From Gemmatimonadaceae bacterium (GTDB lineage Bacteria; Gemmatimonadota; Gemmatimonadetes; Gemmatimonadales; Gemmatimonadaceae), in assembly GCA_045803545.1 (NCBI GenBank), contig JBJMOW010000002.1:32001-96000 (forward strand): DNA of 64,000 bases, read 5' to 3'. The notes under the pieces are model-generated. The model saw only the letters and a list, made by a program, of their open reading frames with translations. It searched no databases and was not told the DNA's origin. A program made the translations under genes and the position numbers. This document shows, piece by piece, positions 9,452 through 22,471 of the stretch (the first letter of the stretch is position 1; every line of letters begins with the position of its first letter).

Positions 9452-10803
9452 GCCAGCCCGCGACTTCGCGGGACGGCAACTCGGCGAAATCGAGCGGCGC
9501 CAGTCTTGGTCTGCTGGCGGTGCTTGGAGTGGTGTTCGGCATCTCAGTGACAGTTGGCAACAGCATTGGCTCCGGCATTCTGCGCACGCCCGGAGTCGTA
9601 GCTGAAAAACTGCCCACGCCGTTTCTGTTTCTCGCGGTCTGGGTTCTGGGCGGGCTATACGCTGCGCTCGGCGCAAACTCGCTCGCTGAGCTGGCGGCGA
9701 TGATGCCGGAGTCAGGCGGCTACACGGTATATCTGCGGCGCGCGATGGGGCCGTACGCAGGTTTCGTCATTGGCTGGAGCGATTGGCTGTCGACGTGCAG
9801 CAGCCTTGCGCTCGCCGCACTGGTGATCGGCGAGTACCTGGCGATCCTGCTCGGTCTCGCAAAGAATCTCACGTCCGCTTTTGCCATTGTCGTCATCGTC
9901 GTGTTCGCGCTCATTCAGCTGCGAGGCGTCAAGACCGGTAGCCTCGCGCAGAACATTACGGCGGTGGTCAAAGCACTCGCGTTCGCTGTTCTTATCGTCG
10001 CGTGCTTCGTGCTTGGTCACGGATTCGGCCGCGGAGCCACCAGCACACTGCCGACGGGTTTCCCATTTCTCGTGGCGTTCGTGCTGGCGATGCAGGCGGT
10101 GATCTTCACCTATGATGGCTGGAATGGAATCGTTTACTTCTCCGGGGAGCTGCGAAATCCTGATCGGGACATCCCGAGATCGATGTTCGGTGGCGTGGCA
10201 GCTGTCACTGTGATCTACCTGCTCGTCAACGCCGGCTTTCTATATGTACTGATGATTCCCCAGATGTCGGGACAGCCACTGGTGGCGGCGACAGCGGCGA
10301 ACGCCATCTTCGGCGCCAAAGGCGATACGGTGATTCGCGTGCTCACGATCGTCTCGCTGCTGAGCGCGGTGAATGCCTTCCAGTTGATGACCTCGCGCGT
10401 GCTGCACCGGCTGAGTGTGTTTGGATTCGTACCGTCAGCCGACTACGTCAATCGCGGAGGCACGCCGGTCGTTGCACTTCTACTGAGCGCGGCGGCGTGT
10501 CTGGTGATGGTGATCACGGGAACGCTCGAAATCGTCCTGGCCGTCACCGCGTTTCTGTTTGTCGCTCAGTACGCGCTGATCTTTACAACGGTATTCCTGC
10601 TGCGTCGGCGCGAGCCGGAAGCGCGCCGACCATTTCGCGCGATCGGCCATCCGTGGACAACCGGCCTCGTGCTGGCACTCTCGATTGCTTTTCTCGTCGG
10701 AGCGTTCTTCGCCGACACGAGGAACAGCATCTACTCGCTGATTTTATTGGCGGTGAGCTGGCCGATCTATCTAATGGTCCGGCCGAGATCGAGCGAGGCC
10801 TAA
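9448..10803 (+). CDS. APC family amino acid permease
   Basis: VGNSIGSGILRTPG, ELAAMMPESGG, FTYDGW, GELRNPDRDIPR, RRPFRA; about 12 hydrophobic segments. Confidence 0.9.
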   Translation: MSQPATSRDGNSAKSSGASLGLLAVLGVVFGISVTVGNSIGSGILRTPGVVAEKLPTPFLFLAVWVLGGLYAALGANSLAELAAMMPESGGYTVYLRRAMGPYAGFVIGWSDWLSTCSSLALAALVIGEYLAILLGLAKNLTSAFAIVVIVVFALIQLRGVKTGSLAQNITAVVKALAFAVLIVACFVLGHGFGRGATSTLPTGFPFLVAFVLAMQAVIFTYDGWNGIVYFSGELRNPDRDIPRSMFGGVAAVTVIYLLVNAGFLYVLMIPQMSGQPLVAATAANAIFGAKGDTVIRVLTIVSLLSAVNAFQLMTSRVLHRLSVFGFVPSADYVNRGGTPVVALLLSAAACLVMVITGTLEIVLAVTAFLFVAQYALIFTTVFLLRRREPEARRPFRAIGHPWTTGLVLALSIAFLVGAFFADTRNSIYSLILLAVSWPIYLMVRPRSSEA

Positions 10804-12305
10804 TCCTCGATCGCGGGCTGTGACGAAAGTTTCGCGCGCGACGGGCACGCCGGTGGAGCCCACGTTTTGAGAGCTTCGCTGGCGGCCGCTACGCTCCGGT
10901 TCCATTCGAACCAGCGTCTCTCTCCTGGACCGCGACGACAAGCGAGTCGCATCTCAATGGTGTCGCGCTGGGGCTGCGGAATTTCAGGGAGTCGCTTGAT
11001 CAGCGTCGGCGTTGCATCGGGTGAGAGCGTGGCGAGGTAAAACGCGTCGAATTTGCCACCGCTTGTAACGCGATCGACGTTTCGATTGACGATCCACGCC
11101 TGAAAGTTCCAGAACACCAGCACGGTGAATGCACCCAGCGCGAGCTCGGCGACTCTGCGCCCAAAGGAAACCGAGATAGATCCGCGACTGATCTCCCATG
11201 CCAGCGCAGCGAGCGCAAGCCCCATCGCCAGCATATAAACCTGAGCGAACAGACGCGCCTCGGTAAACCCGTACGCATCTTCGTAAAGCAGCACACGACG
11301 AAAGGCCATCACAAGAATCAATTCCAGTGCGATCAGCAGCGCGAAATCCAGACGTCGCAGCGTTGCGCGATCGTGAGCAGCAAGATCGGCGGGACGCGTG
11401 TACTCGAGAATGATTATGATCGCGCCGACAATCGTTACGGCGAAAGAGAGCTCACCAAATCCGCGACGGGCGAACTCGGCGAAGGTTACGCCGGTGCCGA
11501 GTGCTGCCGGTGGGGGATGGACCAAATACGAAACCTGCAGCGCGACGAACAGCCACAGGATCACTGCCGTGCTCCACAACACCATGCGTTGTTCCGTCAT
11601 CCCAACCGATATGCGAACAGGCGCGGTCGGAAACGGTGGAAGTCGCAGAGACAACTGGCGGATTGCGAGGGCGTTTGCGCCGAGGGTAACCGCTAACAGG
11701 AACAGGGAGAAGACGAGGCGCGGAGGGAACGACCAATCGGGTAACCACGACGTGATGCGGTCGGTACCCCAGCTGATGATTGGATCAGCGCTCGCCAGTA
11801 ACGCGACGAGGACGATGACGAGTGGCACCGTGATCAGACCACCTCTGATCAAAGCCCGCGAGCGAGGTGAGGCAACTGACCGTGGCGCTGCGGCCACTTC
11901 CTGCGCAGACATGCCGAACACACGAAACGGCGCGAGGAAGGGAACAGCTGCCAACAACCTCGCGGAGAGGTCGGCCCATCGCTCAGCGCCGAGCGTGATG
12001 ACGGCGAGCCCGAGCAACATGGCGTCGGACAGTATGATGAAGAACGGGAATGGATCGGTTCTGGTCAGCGCGAAGCCAAAGCTGAGGATCGTTGCCCAAC
12101 TGCACAGGATGAGTAGCGGGACTTCGACGCGGCCGATGGCCGAATAGCGCGCGAGGATAAGGGAGCCCGAGGCGGCCGCAACCCAAATTGGCCAGTTGAT
12201 GCCGGGGTCGGCGGAGAAGAGGATTGTGGCGCCGAGTGCAGCGGTGATAATGGCGCAAATCCAGGCGGTTTTGGTGGAGCGAGGCTGATCAGTAGGTGAT
12301 GTCAT
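10800..12305 (-). CDS. DUF4173/DUF4153-type multi-pass membrane protein
   Basis: LLASADP, EFARRGFGEL, RVLLYEDAYGFTEARL, YLATLSPDATP motifs; many TM helices. Confidence 0.75.
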   Translation of the reverse strand: MTSPTDQPRSTKTAWICAIITAALGATILFSADPGINWPIWVAAASGSLILARYSAIGRVEVPLLILCSWATILSFGFALTRTDPFPFFIILSDAMLLGLAVITLGAERWADLSARLLAAVPFLAPFRVFGMSAQEVAAAPRSVASPRSRALIRGGLITVPLVIVLVALLASADPIISWGTDRITSWLPDWSFPPRLVFSLFLLAVTLGANALAIRQLSLRLPPFPTAPVRISVGMTEQRMVLWSTAVILWLFVALQVSYLVHPPPAALGTGVTFAEFARRGFGELSFAVTIVGAIIIILEYTRPADLAAHDRATLRRLDFALLIALELILVMAFRRVLLYEDAYGFTEARLFAQVYMLAMGLALAALAWEISRGSISVSFGRRVAELALGAFTVLVFWNFQAWIVNRNVDRVTSGGKFDAFYLATLSPDATPTLIKRLPEIPQPQRDTIEMRLACRRGPGERRWFEWNRSVAAASEALKTWAPPACPSRAKLSSQPAIED

Positions 12306-12329
12306 GGTCAAGTAAGACGAATGTAGAGT

Positions 12330-12358
12330 ACTTTATGTCACAAAGCTCAGTCGCGCAA
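12330..12358 (-). promoter_or_regulatory. Sigma70-like promoter for the DUF4173 gene with overlapping palindromic operator
   Basis: Minus strand TTGCGC-17 nt-TAAAGT; near-palindrome CTTTATGTCACAAAG at 12331-12345. Confidence 0.5.
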
Positions 12359-12428
12359 GCCATCAAACGACGACCGCAACCCCAAAAGGCGCGGCCGCCA
12401 GCCTATAGTTTTTTCGTAGTTCGTTGCC

Positions 12429-12456
12429 TTGACTTAGCTGGCTAGCCGAATACCTT
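12429..12456 (+). promoter_or_regulatory. Sigma70-like promoter of the fusA-tuf-S10-spc transcript
   Basis: TTGACT-16 nt-TACCTT, about 260 nt upstream of the fusA ATG. Confidence 0.55.
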
Positions 12457-12464
12457 TCCAAGGC

Positions 12465-12719
12465 TATGGCTGACCGCGCTTTAGCGCGCGAGGTCATGCA
12501 GAAAAATTCAATCGCCACGAAGTGTGTGGCGCGCCTCGAGTCCCCGCTCGCGAAACAGCTGCGAGCGCACCCGGCGGCAGCGGATGGATACCGGTCCCGA
12601 CGGGACGGCTGGTCCACCCGCGTTTTTGTTGACCCAAGTCTGCGCGCAACCGCAGGCGCAGGACCAGAACGCTGAGCGTCGCCTACCGGCGACTTCACAT
12701 AGAGAGACCTTCGAAGCTT
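12465..12719 (+). promoter_or_regulatory. Structured 5' leader of fusA (candidate cis-regulatory RNA/attenuator)
   Basis: Six consecutive hairpins; the one at 12580-12621 is followed by GTTTTTGTT. Confidence 0.45.
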
Positions 12720-14819
<2,100 letters not shown>

Positions 14820-14822
14820 GAA

Positions 14823-16016
14823 ATGTCCAAAGCCAAATTCGAGCGCACGAAGCCGCACGTAAACGTTGGAACGATCGGCCACGTCGATCACGGTAAGACC
14901 ACATTGACCGCTGCCATCACGGCGATCCAGGCCAAGAAGGGACTGGCTCAGTCGGTGGCCTTCGATCAGATCGATAAGGCTCCGGAAGAGCGCGAGCGCG
15001 GTATCACGATCGCGACCGCTCACGTCGAGTACGAGAGCGAGAAGCGGCACTACGCGCACGTCGACTGCCCGGGACACGCCGATTATGTGAAGAACATGAT
15101 CACGGGTGCCGCCCAGATGGACGGCGCTATTCTCGTCGTATCTGCGGCTGACGGCCCGATGCCTCAGACCAGAGAGCACATCTTGCTCGCCAAGCAGGTG
15201 AACGTGCCCTACATCATCGTGTTCATGAACAAGGTGGACATGGTCGACGACCCGGAGCTCCTGGACCTGGTCGAGCTGGAGGTGCGTGAGTTGCTCTCGA
15301 GCTACGACTTCCCGGGCGACGACACCCCGATCATCAAGGGGAGCGCACTAAAGGCTCTGGAGTCAGGGGATCCCAACTCGGAGTACGGTAAGAAGATCGG
15401 CGAGCTGATGGATGCGCTGGACTCTTATATCCCGCAGCCCAAGCGTGAGACCGATAAGCCGTTCCTGATGCCCGTGGAAGACGTGTTCTCGATCACTGGG
15501 CGCGGTACGGTGGCGACGGGGAGAATCGAGAAGGGCAAGATCAAGGTGGGCGAGGAAGTGGCGCTTATCGGCTTCGGCTCGGACAAGAAGACGGTCATCA
15601 CTGGGGTCGAGATGTTCAGGAAGCTTCTGGACGACGGCCAGGCAGGTGACAACGTCGGTCTCTTGCTTCGTGGTATCGACAAGAACGATGTGGAGCGTGG
15701 GATGGTGCTGGCCAAGACGGGTAGCATCACGCCGCACACCAAGTACAACGCCGAGGTTTACGTGTTGACCAAGGAAGAGGGCGGCAGACACACGCCGTTC
15801 TTCAAGGGTTATCGTCCCCAGTTCTACTTTAGAACTACGGACGTGACGGGAAGTGTTGAGCTGCCGGAAGGTATGGAGATGGTGATGCCGGGTGACAACG
15901 TTCAGATGACGATCGAGCTCATAACACCGATCGCGATGGACGAAGGCCTCCGCTTCGCGATCAGAGAAGGCGGCAGAACGGTTGGCGCTGGCGTAGTCAC
16001 CAAGATTCTCAAGTAA
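14823..16016 (+). CDS. tuf: Elongation factor Tu
   Basis: [38 protein letters not shown]. Confidence 0.99.
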   Translation: MSKAKFERTKPHVNVGTIGHVDHGKTTLTAAITAIQAKKGLAQSVAFDQIDKAPEERERGITIATAHVEYESEKRHYAHVDCPGHADYVKNMITGAAQMDGAILVVSAADGPMPQTREHILLAKQVNVPYIIVFMNKVDMVDDPELLDLVELEVRELLSSYDFPGDDTPIIKGSALKALESGDPNSEYGKKIGELMDALDSYIPQPKRETDKPFLMPVEDVFSITGRGTVATGRIEKGKIKVGEEVALIGFGSDKKTVITGVEMFRKLLDDGQAGDNVGLLLRGIDKNDVERGMVLAKTGSITPHTKYNAEVYVLTKEEGGRHTPFFKGYRPQFYFRTTDVTGSVELPEGMEMVMPGDNVQMTIELITPIAMDEGLRFAIREGGRTVGAGVVTKILK

Positions 16017-16040
16017 CGCAAACAAACTCGAGAGACAGTT

Positions 16041-16349
16041 ATGGCAGGAAGAATTCGAATTCGGCTTAAGGCGTTTGACCACGCCGTCATCGACCAGGCG
16101 TCAGCGGACATCGTCCGCACCGCCGAGAAGACGGGCGCGCAGGTCAGTGGTCCGATTCCTTTGCCGACAAAGACGAAGCGCTGGACCGTTCTCCGCTCGC
16201 CGCACGTCGACAAAAAGTCGCGCGAGCAGTTCGAGCTCAAGACGCACAAGCGTTTGATCGACATCCTTGATTCACGCGCGGCAACTGTGGATGCGCTGAC
16301 CAAGCTCGATCTTCCTGCCGGCGTCGACGTCGAAATCAAGGTCGAGTAA
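16041..16349 (+). CDS. rpsJ: 30S ribosomal protein S10
   Basis: [31 protein letters not shown]. Confidence 0.99.
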   Translation: MAGRIRIRLKAFDHAVIDQASADIVRTAEKTGAQVSGPIPLPTKTKRWTVLRSPHVDKKSREQFELKTHKRLIDILDSRAATVDALTKLDLPAGVDVEIKVE

Positions 16350-16387
16350 CGGTCCACTGACACGAATTGCGAACTGTTAGAGGGTAA

Positions 16388-17077
16388 ATGATAGGAATAA
16401 TTGGTCGTAAGTTGGGGATGACCCAGATCTTCAATGAAGAGGGACAGCAGATTCCTTGCACCGTGGTGGAGGCGACTCCGAACTCGGTGACGCGGATTCT
16501 GAAGAAGGATCAGGCTGGCTACGAGTCCGTCGAGCTTGGCTTTGGCGAGCAGCGTCACGCCCGCGAGTCGAAGAAAGGCGAGCGCACTCCGCGCGGCCGT
16601 CGCGCCCACAAGGCGATCGTCGGTCACGCCGCCAAGTCTGGCCTGCAGACCGCGCCCGCTCACTTCCGCAGCTTCCGTCTCGACGACGCGATGCTGCCGG
16701 ACAACAAAAAGAACGTCCCGACTTTCAATCTTGGCGACAAGATCACGGTCGAGATCTTCGCAGCTGGCGAGCAGGTGAAGGTCACCGGAACTTCGAAAGG
16801 TCGCGGATTCCAGGGCGTCGTAAAGCGTTACGGATTCCACGGCGGACCCAACACTCACGGCAACACGAAGCACCGTCGTCCTGGCTCAATCGGCCCCGGC
16901 ACCGATCCGTCGCGTGTCATCAAGGGCAAGAAGATGCCTGGTCACTATGGCGCTGAGCGTCACACGCAGACGCACCTTCGTGTCGAGCGCATCGATGCCG
17001 CACGCAATCTCATCTACATCCGCGGCTCCGTCGCCGGTCCGACGAACGGAATCGTGATGATCAGGAAGCAAGGCTAA
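16388..17077 (+). CDS. rplC: 50S ribosomal protein L3
   Basis: [32 protein letters not shown]. Confidence 0.98.
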   Translation: MIGIIGRKLGMTQIFNEEGQQIPCTVVEATPNSVTRILKKDQAGYESVELGFGEQRHARESKKGERTPRGRRAHKAIVGHAAKSGLQTAPAHFRSFRLDDAMLPDNKKNVPTFNLGDKITVEIFAAGEQVKVTGTSKGRGFQGVVKRYGFHGGPNTHGNTKHRRPGSIGPGTDPSRVIKGKKMPGHYGAERHTQTHLRVERIDAARNLIYIRGSVAGPTNGIVMIRKQG

Positions 17078-17916
17078 TGGCAGAGACTGCTACGCAAACA
17101 CTGAAAGCTCCGGCGTACACCGCCGGCGGCACCGAGCGCGAGCGCGTCGATCTTCCGGGCGATCTGTTCGACGGAACAATCAACATGCCGGTGATGCACC
17201 AGGCGGTGAAGGCGTTCCTTGCCAACCAGCGCCTCGGCCTCGCCTACACTCGGACGCGCGGTCTTGTCACCGGTGGTAATCAGAAGCCGTGGAAGCAGAA
17301 GGGAACCGGCCGCGCCCGTCAGGGCTCGCGCCGCGCTCCGAACTGGCCGGGCGGTGGAACTGTCTTCGGTCCGACCGGTCGCAAATACGGCCAGACGGTG
17401 CCGCGCCAGATCCGCGCCCTCGCTCGCAAGAGCGCTCTGAACGCGCGTGCGCGCGAGAATGCGCTGATCGTGATCGACAACTTCAACTACGACGCGCCGA
17501 GCACGAAGCAGCTCGTTTCTCTGATCGGTGCGCTGGGAGTTGCCGAGAAGAAAATTCTCGTTCTCACCGACGGCCTGAAGCAGAACGTGTTTTTGAGCGG
17601 ACGCAATCTGCAACGCGTCCACGTGATGCCGTACTCCGACGTCTCCACCTATCACATTCTCTGGTCCGACGTCGTGCTGATCGAGGCGAACGCACTCGGT
17701 TATGCGCTCGAGGCAGTTGAGGAGAAGCGGGAAGCGGGAGGCGGGAAGCGGGAAGCGGTCACGCGGGAGGCGGGAGGCAGGAAGCGGGAAGCGAAGGTGC
17801 CGAAGAAGTCCGCTCGCAAAGCTGCAAAGGCTGAAGCCAAGGCGTCGAAGCCGAAGGGCAAGGCCGCCAAGAAGTCGTCGGCAAAAAAATCCGGCGCCAA
17901 AAAGAAAGGGAAGTAG
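17077..17916 (+). CDS. rplD: 50S ribosomal protein L4 with repeat-derived and Lys/Ala-rich C-terminal extension
   Basis: KPWKQKGTGRARQGS, GGGTVFGP; operon position. Confidence 0.97.
   Translation: MAETATQTLKAPAYTAGGTERERVDLPGDLFDGTINMPVMHQAVKAFLANQRLGLAYTRTRGLVTGGNQKPWKQKGTGRARQGSRRAPNWPGGGTVFGPTGRKYGQTVPRQIRALARKSALNARARENALIVIDNFNYDAPSTKQLVSLIGALGVAEKKILVLTDGLKQNVFLSGRNLQRVHVMPYSDVSTYHILWSDVVLIEANALGYALEAVEEKREAGGGKREAVTREAGGRKREAKVPKKSARKAAKAEAKASKPKGKAAKKSSAKKSGAKKKGK
17724..17794 (+). repeat. Heptamer tandem repeat (GAAGCGG)n inside rplD
   Basis: About ten GA(A/G)GCGG units with one 8-nt interruption. Confidence 0.85.
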
Positions 17917-17919
17917 CTA

Positions 17920-18210
17920 ATGCCGACTATTACTGAAACAATCGTCACTCCGATCGTCACCGAGCAGACCTCGGGGTCGTACCAGGATCGCGGCGAGTAC
18001 ACGTTCCGGGTTCATCCGAAAGCGACCAAGACGCAGATCAGAATCGCGATCGAGGAGCTCTTCAACGTGACGGTCACCGGCGTCTGGACCTCGAACCATC
18101 GCGGCAAGAACCGTCGCGTGGGTCAGCAGGTTGGACGTCGTCCACATTGGAAAAAAGCAATCGTGACGCTGAAAGAAGGCGATTCGATTGAAATCTTCGA
18201 GGGCGCGTAA
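17920..18210 (+). CDS. rplW: 50S ribosomal protein L23
   Basis: PIVTE, YTFRVHPKATKTQI, WKKAIVTL. Confidence 0.97.
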   Translation: MPTITETIVTPIVTEQTSGSYQDRGEYTFRVHPKATKTQIRIAIEELFNVTVTGVWTSNHRGKNRRVGQQVGRRPHWKKAIVTLKEGDSIEIFEGA

Positions 18211-18213
18211 GCA

Positions 18214-19044
18214 ATGGGCATTCGTCAGTTCAAGCCTGTAACCAAGAGCTCGCGGTTTCGCTCGGTTTCCGATTTCTCGGAGATCACGCGCGACCACGGC
18301 GAGAAGTCGCTGATGGAGCCGATCAAGAAGAGCGGCGGCCGCGACAATCACGGCCACATCGCGATGCGTCGCATTGGCGGTGGTCACAAGCGCATGTACC
18401 GCATCATCGATTTCAAGCGCAACAAGTTCAACATGGCGGCGACGGTGCGTGAGATCGAGTACGATCCGAATCGCACGGCGCGCATTGCGCTCGTCGAGTA
18501 TGAGGATGGTGAGAAGCGATACATCATCCACCCGAAAGGTCTCTCTGTCGGCGACAAGATCGTTTCCGGGCCCGGCTCCGATAGCCGCGTCGGTAACACA
18601 CTGCCGCTTCGTGAGATTCCGCTCGGCACCGACGTTCACAACGTCGAACTGAAGCCGGGCAAGGGCGGGCAGCTGGCGCGCTCCGCTGGAACGGCGCTCG
18701 AGGTGGTCGCAAAGGAAGGAGACTACGTCACGCTGCGCATGGCTTCGACCGAGACCCGCATGATCCACGGCAACTGCCTGGCGACCATCGGAACTGTCGG
18801 CAACGCCGAGCACGAGCTGATGTCGCACGGAAAAGCCGGCAAGAGTCGCTGGCTGGGCAAGCGGCCGAAGGTACGCGGTGAAGTGATGAACCCGGTCGAT
18901 CATCCGCACGGTGGTCGTACTCGCGGCGGACGCAACGTCGTGGATCCCTGGGGCAACAAGGAAGGCGTGAAAACTCGCAAGCACAAGAAACCATCGCAGC
19001 GCCTGATCGTTCGCGGTCGGAAGCGCGGCAAGGCAACGCAGTAA
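18214..19044 (+). CDS. rplB: 50S ribosomal protein L2
   Basis: [37 protein letters not shown]. Confidence 0.99.
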   Translation: MGIRQFKPVTKSSRFRSVSDFSEITRDHGEKSLMEPIKKSGGRDNHGHIAMRRIGGGHKRMYRIIDFKRNKFNMAATVREIEYDPNRTARIALVEYEDGEKRYIIHPKGLSVGDKIVSGPGSDSRVGNTLPLREIPLGTDVHNVELKPGKGGQLARSAGTALEVVAKEGDYVTLRMASTETRMIHGNCLATIGTVGNAEHELMSHGKAGKSRWLGKRPKVRGEVMNPVDHPHGGRTRGGRNVVDPWGNKEGVKTRKHKKPSQRLIVRGRKRGKATQ

Positions 19045-19063
19045 CCAATTCTGAGAATCGAAT

Positions 19064-19429
19064 ATGGCAAGAAGTATTAAGAAAGGTCCGTACGTCGAAG
19101 ATTCGCTGATGACCAAGGTCTCGGCGATGAACAGCAGAAACGAGAAGCGGGTGATCAAGACCTGGGCGCGCTCGAGCACGATCGTGCCTGACTTCGTCGG
19201 TCACACCTTCGCGGTTCACAACGGCAACAAGTTCATTCCCGTGTACGTGACGGAGAACATGGTCGGGCACAAGCTCGGCGAGTTCGCTCCGACGCGTCTG
19301 TTCCGTGGTCACACCGGTGCGGTAAAGGCGACCGATAAAAAGGTCGCCGGCGTTCCAACCGGCGGTCCTGGTGCTGCTGCACCGGCGCCGTCAGGCACGC
19401 CCGCCAAGGGCACCCCGGCGGTCAAATGA
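19064..19429 (+). CDS. rpsS: 30S ribosomal protein S19 with C-terminal extension
   Basis: [28 protein letters not shown]. Confidence 0.98.
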   Translation: MARSIKKGPYVEDSLMTKVSAMNSRNEKRVIKTWARSSTIVPDFVGHTFAVHNGNKFIPVYVTENMVGHKLGEFAPTRLFRGHTGAVKATDKKVAGVPTGGPGAAAPAPSGTPAKGTPAVK

Positions 19430-19929
19430 GCGAGAGATCGAGAGTTCGCGCGGCGCGTCACGCCGCCGAGAGGAAGGGAGTGTCGAGCGCCATTCAGCGC
19501 ACGACACGCCAGTCGCCTTACAAGATGCGCCTGGTGATCGATCAGATCCGCGGCAAGGATGTCAACGAGGCGCTCGGTCTTCTCCGTTTCTCGAAGAAGT
19601 TCGCGGCGAAGCAGATCGAGAAGGTGCTGACTTCCGCTGTCGCCAACGCGGAGTATCGCTCGCGGAATGAAAACGAGTCGGTCGATGTCGACACGTTGTT
19701 CATCAAGCATGCGATTGTGAACGAGGGTCCCGCGCTGCGTCGGTTCATGCCGGCGGCGCAGGGACGCGCAACGCCGATCAGAAAGAGAACGAGCCACGTC
19801 GAGATCGTGCTCGACGCTCGTGAGGAAAAGCCACGCGTGGCGCGCACCACTCGCAAGACCGAGAGCGCGCCGAGCAAGGCCGAGGCTTCGACCAAGAAGA
19901 GTTCCCGCGCTTCAGGGAGTAAAAAGTAA
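19426..19929 (+). CDS. rplV: 50S ribosomal protein L22
   Basis: [35 protein letters not shown]. Confidence 0.97.
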   Translation: MSERSRVRAARHAAERKGVSSAIQRTTRQSPYKMRLVIDQIRGKDVNEALGLLRFSKKFAAKQIEKVLTSAVANAEYRSRNENESVDVDTLFIKHAIVNEGPALRRFMPAAQGRATPIRKRTSHVEIVLDAREEKPRVARTTRKTESAPSKAEASTKKSSRASGSKK

Positions 19930-20589
19930 ATGGGTCAGAAAACACATCCGATCGGATTCCGTCTCGGCGTCTCCAAGACCTGGAGGTCGCAGTGGTACGC
20001 GAATCGTGATTTCCCGGCACTGCTTCGTGAAGACGAGCTGCTGCGCAAATACTTGAAGGCGCGTTTGGGTCACGCGGCGATTGCCGACATCCGCATCGAG
20101 CGGAAACCGGGCAAGGTCGTCGTCACGATCCATACCGGCCGTCCGGGCGTCGTGATCGGCAAGAAGGGCGCTGAAGTCGATCAGCTGCGCGATGAGCTGA
20201 ATAAGCTCACCGGCAAGGAAGTCGGCATCAACGTCGAGGAGATCAAGCGTCCCGAGCTCGATGCGCAGCTCGTCGCCGACAACATCGCCAATCAGTTGGC
20301 GCAGCGTATCTCGTTCCGTCGCGCGATGAAGCGGGCGGTGCAGAGCGCAATGCGCATGGGCGCCGGCGGAATCAAGATCAAGACCGGTGGACGTCTGGGC
20401 GGCGCCGAAATCGCGCGCGTCGAGGGATATCACGAGGGTCGTGTTCCCCTTCACACACTGCGCGCGGACATCGACTACGCGACGTCGACCGCGAAGACCA
20501 CCTTCGGCACCATCGGTGTGAAGGTCTGGATCTTCAAAGGCGAGATCGTCGAAGATCGCCGCGGCAAGACTTACTCGACTGGCGTCTAA
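19930..20589 (+). CDS. rpsC: 30S ribosomal protein S3
   Basis: [34 protein letters not shown]. Confidence 0.99.
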   Translation: MGQKTHPIGFRLGVSKTWRSQWYANRDFPALLREDELLRKYLKARLGHAAIADIRIERKPGKVVVTIHTGRPGVVIGKKGAEVDQLRDELNKLTGKEVGINVEEIKRPELDAQLVADNIANQLAQRISFRRAMKRAVQSAMRMGAGGIKIKTGGRLGGAEIARVEGYHEGRVPLHTLRADIDYATSTAKTTFGTIGVKVWIFKGEIVEDRRGKTYSTGV

Positions 20590-20601
20590 GGAGATTCGAA
20601 A

Positions 20602-21019
<418 letters not shown>

Positions 21020-21030
<11 letters not shown>

Positions 21031-21367
21031 GGACATTCGCGAGATGGGCGAGGCGGACATCAACGCGCGCATCGCCGAGCTGGAGCGTGAGCGGTTCAAC
21101 CTCCGCGTTCAGTCAGGCACGCGTACGCTCGACGATCCACTTCGTCTGCGTGTGATCCGCAGGGACGTGGCGCGCCTCAAGACGGTGCTGAAAGAGAAGA
21201 TCATCGGCATCGCCGAAGCGCGGGAAGCGGGAAGCGGGAAGCGGGAAGCGCAAACCGGCAAGCAGGAGGCGGGAAGGGGCGGTCGGACATCGAGACGAGT
21301 GACGGGAAGACGCGGTCGCAAAGCGGCCACTGCGACCAACCGTGCGAAAAGGAGTAAGAGGGCGTAA
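21020..21367 (+). CDS. rpmC: 50S ribosomal protein L29 with repeat-derived C-terminal extension
   Basis: [22 protein letters not shown]; position between rplP and rpsQ. Confidence 0.95.
21224..21279 (+). repeat. Heptamer tandem repeat (GAAGCGG)n inside rpmC
   Basis: Eight in-phase 7-mers: gaagcgg x3, gaagcgc, aaaccgg, caagcag, gaggcgg, gaagggg. Confidence 0.85.
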
Positions 21368-21654
21368 TGGCAGAACTGGAGAGAAACGAGAGCAGCACGA
21401 CAGAGCGGAGCTCGCGCAAGACGCGAGTCGGCAGGGTCGTCAGCGACAAAATGCAGAAGACGGTAGTGGTCTCGATCGAGCGTCGAGTTCAGCACCCTGT
21501 GTACGGCAAGATGGTTCGCCGCACCAAGAAGCTGAAAGCGCACGATGAGGAGAACCAGGCCAAGACGGGCGATACCGTCCGCATCATGGAGACCCGGCCA
21601 TTGTCGAAGGACAAGCGGTGGCGCGTGGTCGAAATCATCGAACGTGCACGTTAA
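21367..21654 (+). CDS. rpsQ: 30S ribosomal protein S17
   Basis: [31 protein letters not shown]. Confidence 0.98.
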   Translation: MAELERNESSTTERSSRKTRVGRVVSDKMQKTVVVSIERRVQHPVYGKMVRRTKKLKAHDEENQAKTGDTVRIMETRPLSKDKRWRVVEIIERAR

Positions 21655-21666
21655 CGGAGAAGACCA

Positions 21667-22035
21667 GTGATCCAGCAGGAATCGGTGGTCAAGGTCGCGG
21701 ACAACTCGGGCGCGAAAACGGCGCTCGTGATCCGCGTGCTCGGCGGAACGCGCCGACGCTACGCGTCGCTTGGCGATGTAGTAATCGTCGCCGTGAAGAA
21801 CGCGCTCCCCAACGGCACCGTGAAGAAGTCAGACGTCGCGCGCGCGGTAGTGGTGCGCACGGCGAAGGAGACGCGTCGCAAGGATGGCAGCTACATCCGC
21901 TTCGACGAGAACGCAGTCGTGATCATCAACGAACAAGGTGAGCCAAGAGCGACTCGTATCTTCGGACCCGTGGCGCGCGAGCTCCGCGACAAGAAGTACA
22001 TGAAGATCGTCTCGCTCGCCCCTGAGGTGATATAA
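21667..22035 (+). CDS. rplN: 50S ribosomal protein L14
   Basis: [27 protein letters not shown]. Confidence 0.99.
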   Translation: MIQQESVVKVADNSGAKTALVIRVLGGTRRRYASLGDVVIVAVKNALPNGTVKKSDVARAVVVRTAKETRRKDGSYIRFDENAVVIINEQGEPRATRIFGPVARELRDKKYMKIVSLAPEVI

Positions 22036-22036
22036 A

Positions 22037-22456
22037 GTGAGAGTTCTGAAATACAGGAAGACGGCGGGCAACCGGCTTATCGCGCGCCACGCCAGGAACG
22101 CCGAGCGGATGAAGCTGAACGTGTCGAGGGGTGACACGGTTCGGGTGATGCGCGGCGAAGACAAAGGAAAGGAAGGCAAGGTGATTCGCGTTTTCCTCAA
22201 GACCGGCCGCGTGCTGGTCGAGGGCGTGAACATGGTGAAGATGCATCGCAAGGCGCGTACGGCCGAAGAACAATCGGGTATCCGTGAGGCGCCGGCGTCG
22301 ATTCATCACTCGAACGTCATGCTGCTCGACGCGAAGTCGGGACAGCCGACTAGAGTGAAGTCACGCTACGACAGTGATGCCGAGCACGTTGACCGTCGGA
22401 GAAGCAAAGAGCGCGTCGGCGCGAAGAGCGGAGAACCCATCCCGCGCGTGCGCTGA
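22037..22456 (+). CDS. rplX: 50S ribosomal protein L24
   Basis: [34 protein letters not shown]. Confidence 0.97.
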   Translation: MRVLKYRKTAGNRLIARHARNAERMKLNVSRGDTVRVMRGEDKGKEGKVIRVFLKTGRVLVEGVNMVKMHRKARTAEEQSGIREAPASIHHSNVMLLDAKSGQPTRVKSRYDSDAEHVDRRRSKERVGAKSGEPIPRVR

Positions 22457-22471
22457 GCGAGGACATAGAAC

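Noticed and set aside
12580..12630. T-box riboswitch in the fusA leader (GGATGGATACCGG resembles GGGTGGNACC)
   Set aside because: The match is imperfect, no recognisable Stem I/specifier elements are present, and the downstream gene is not amino-acid related
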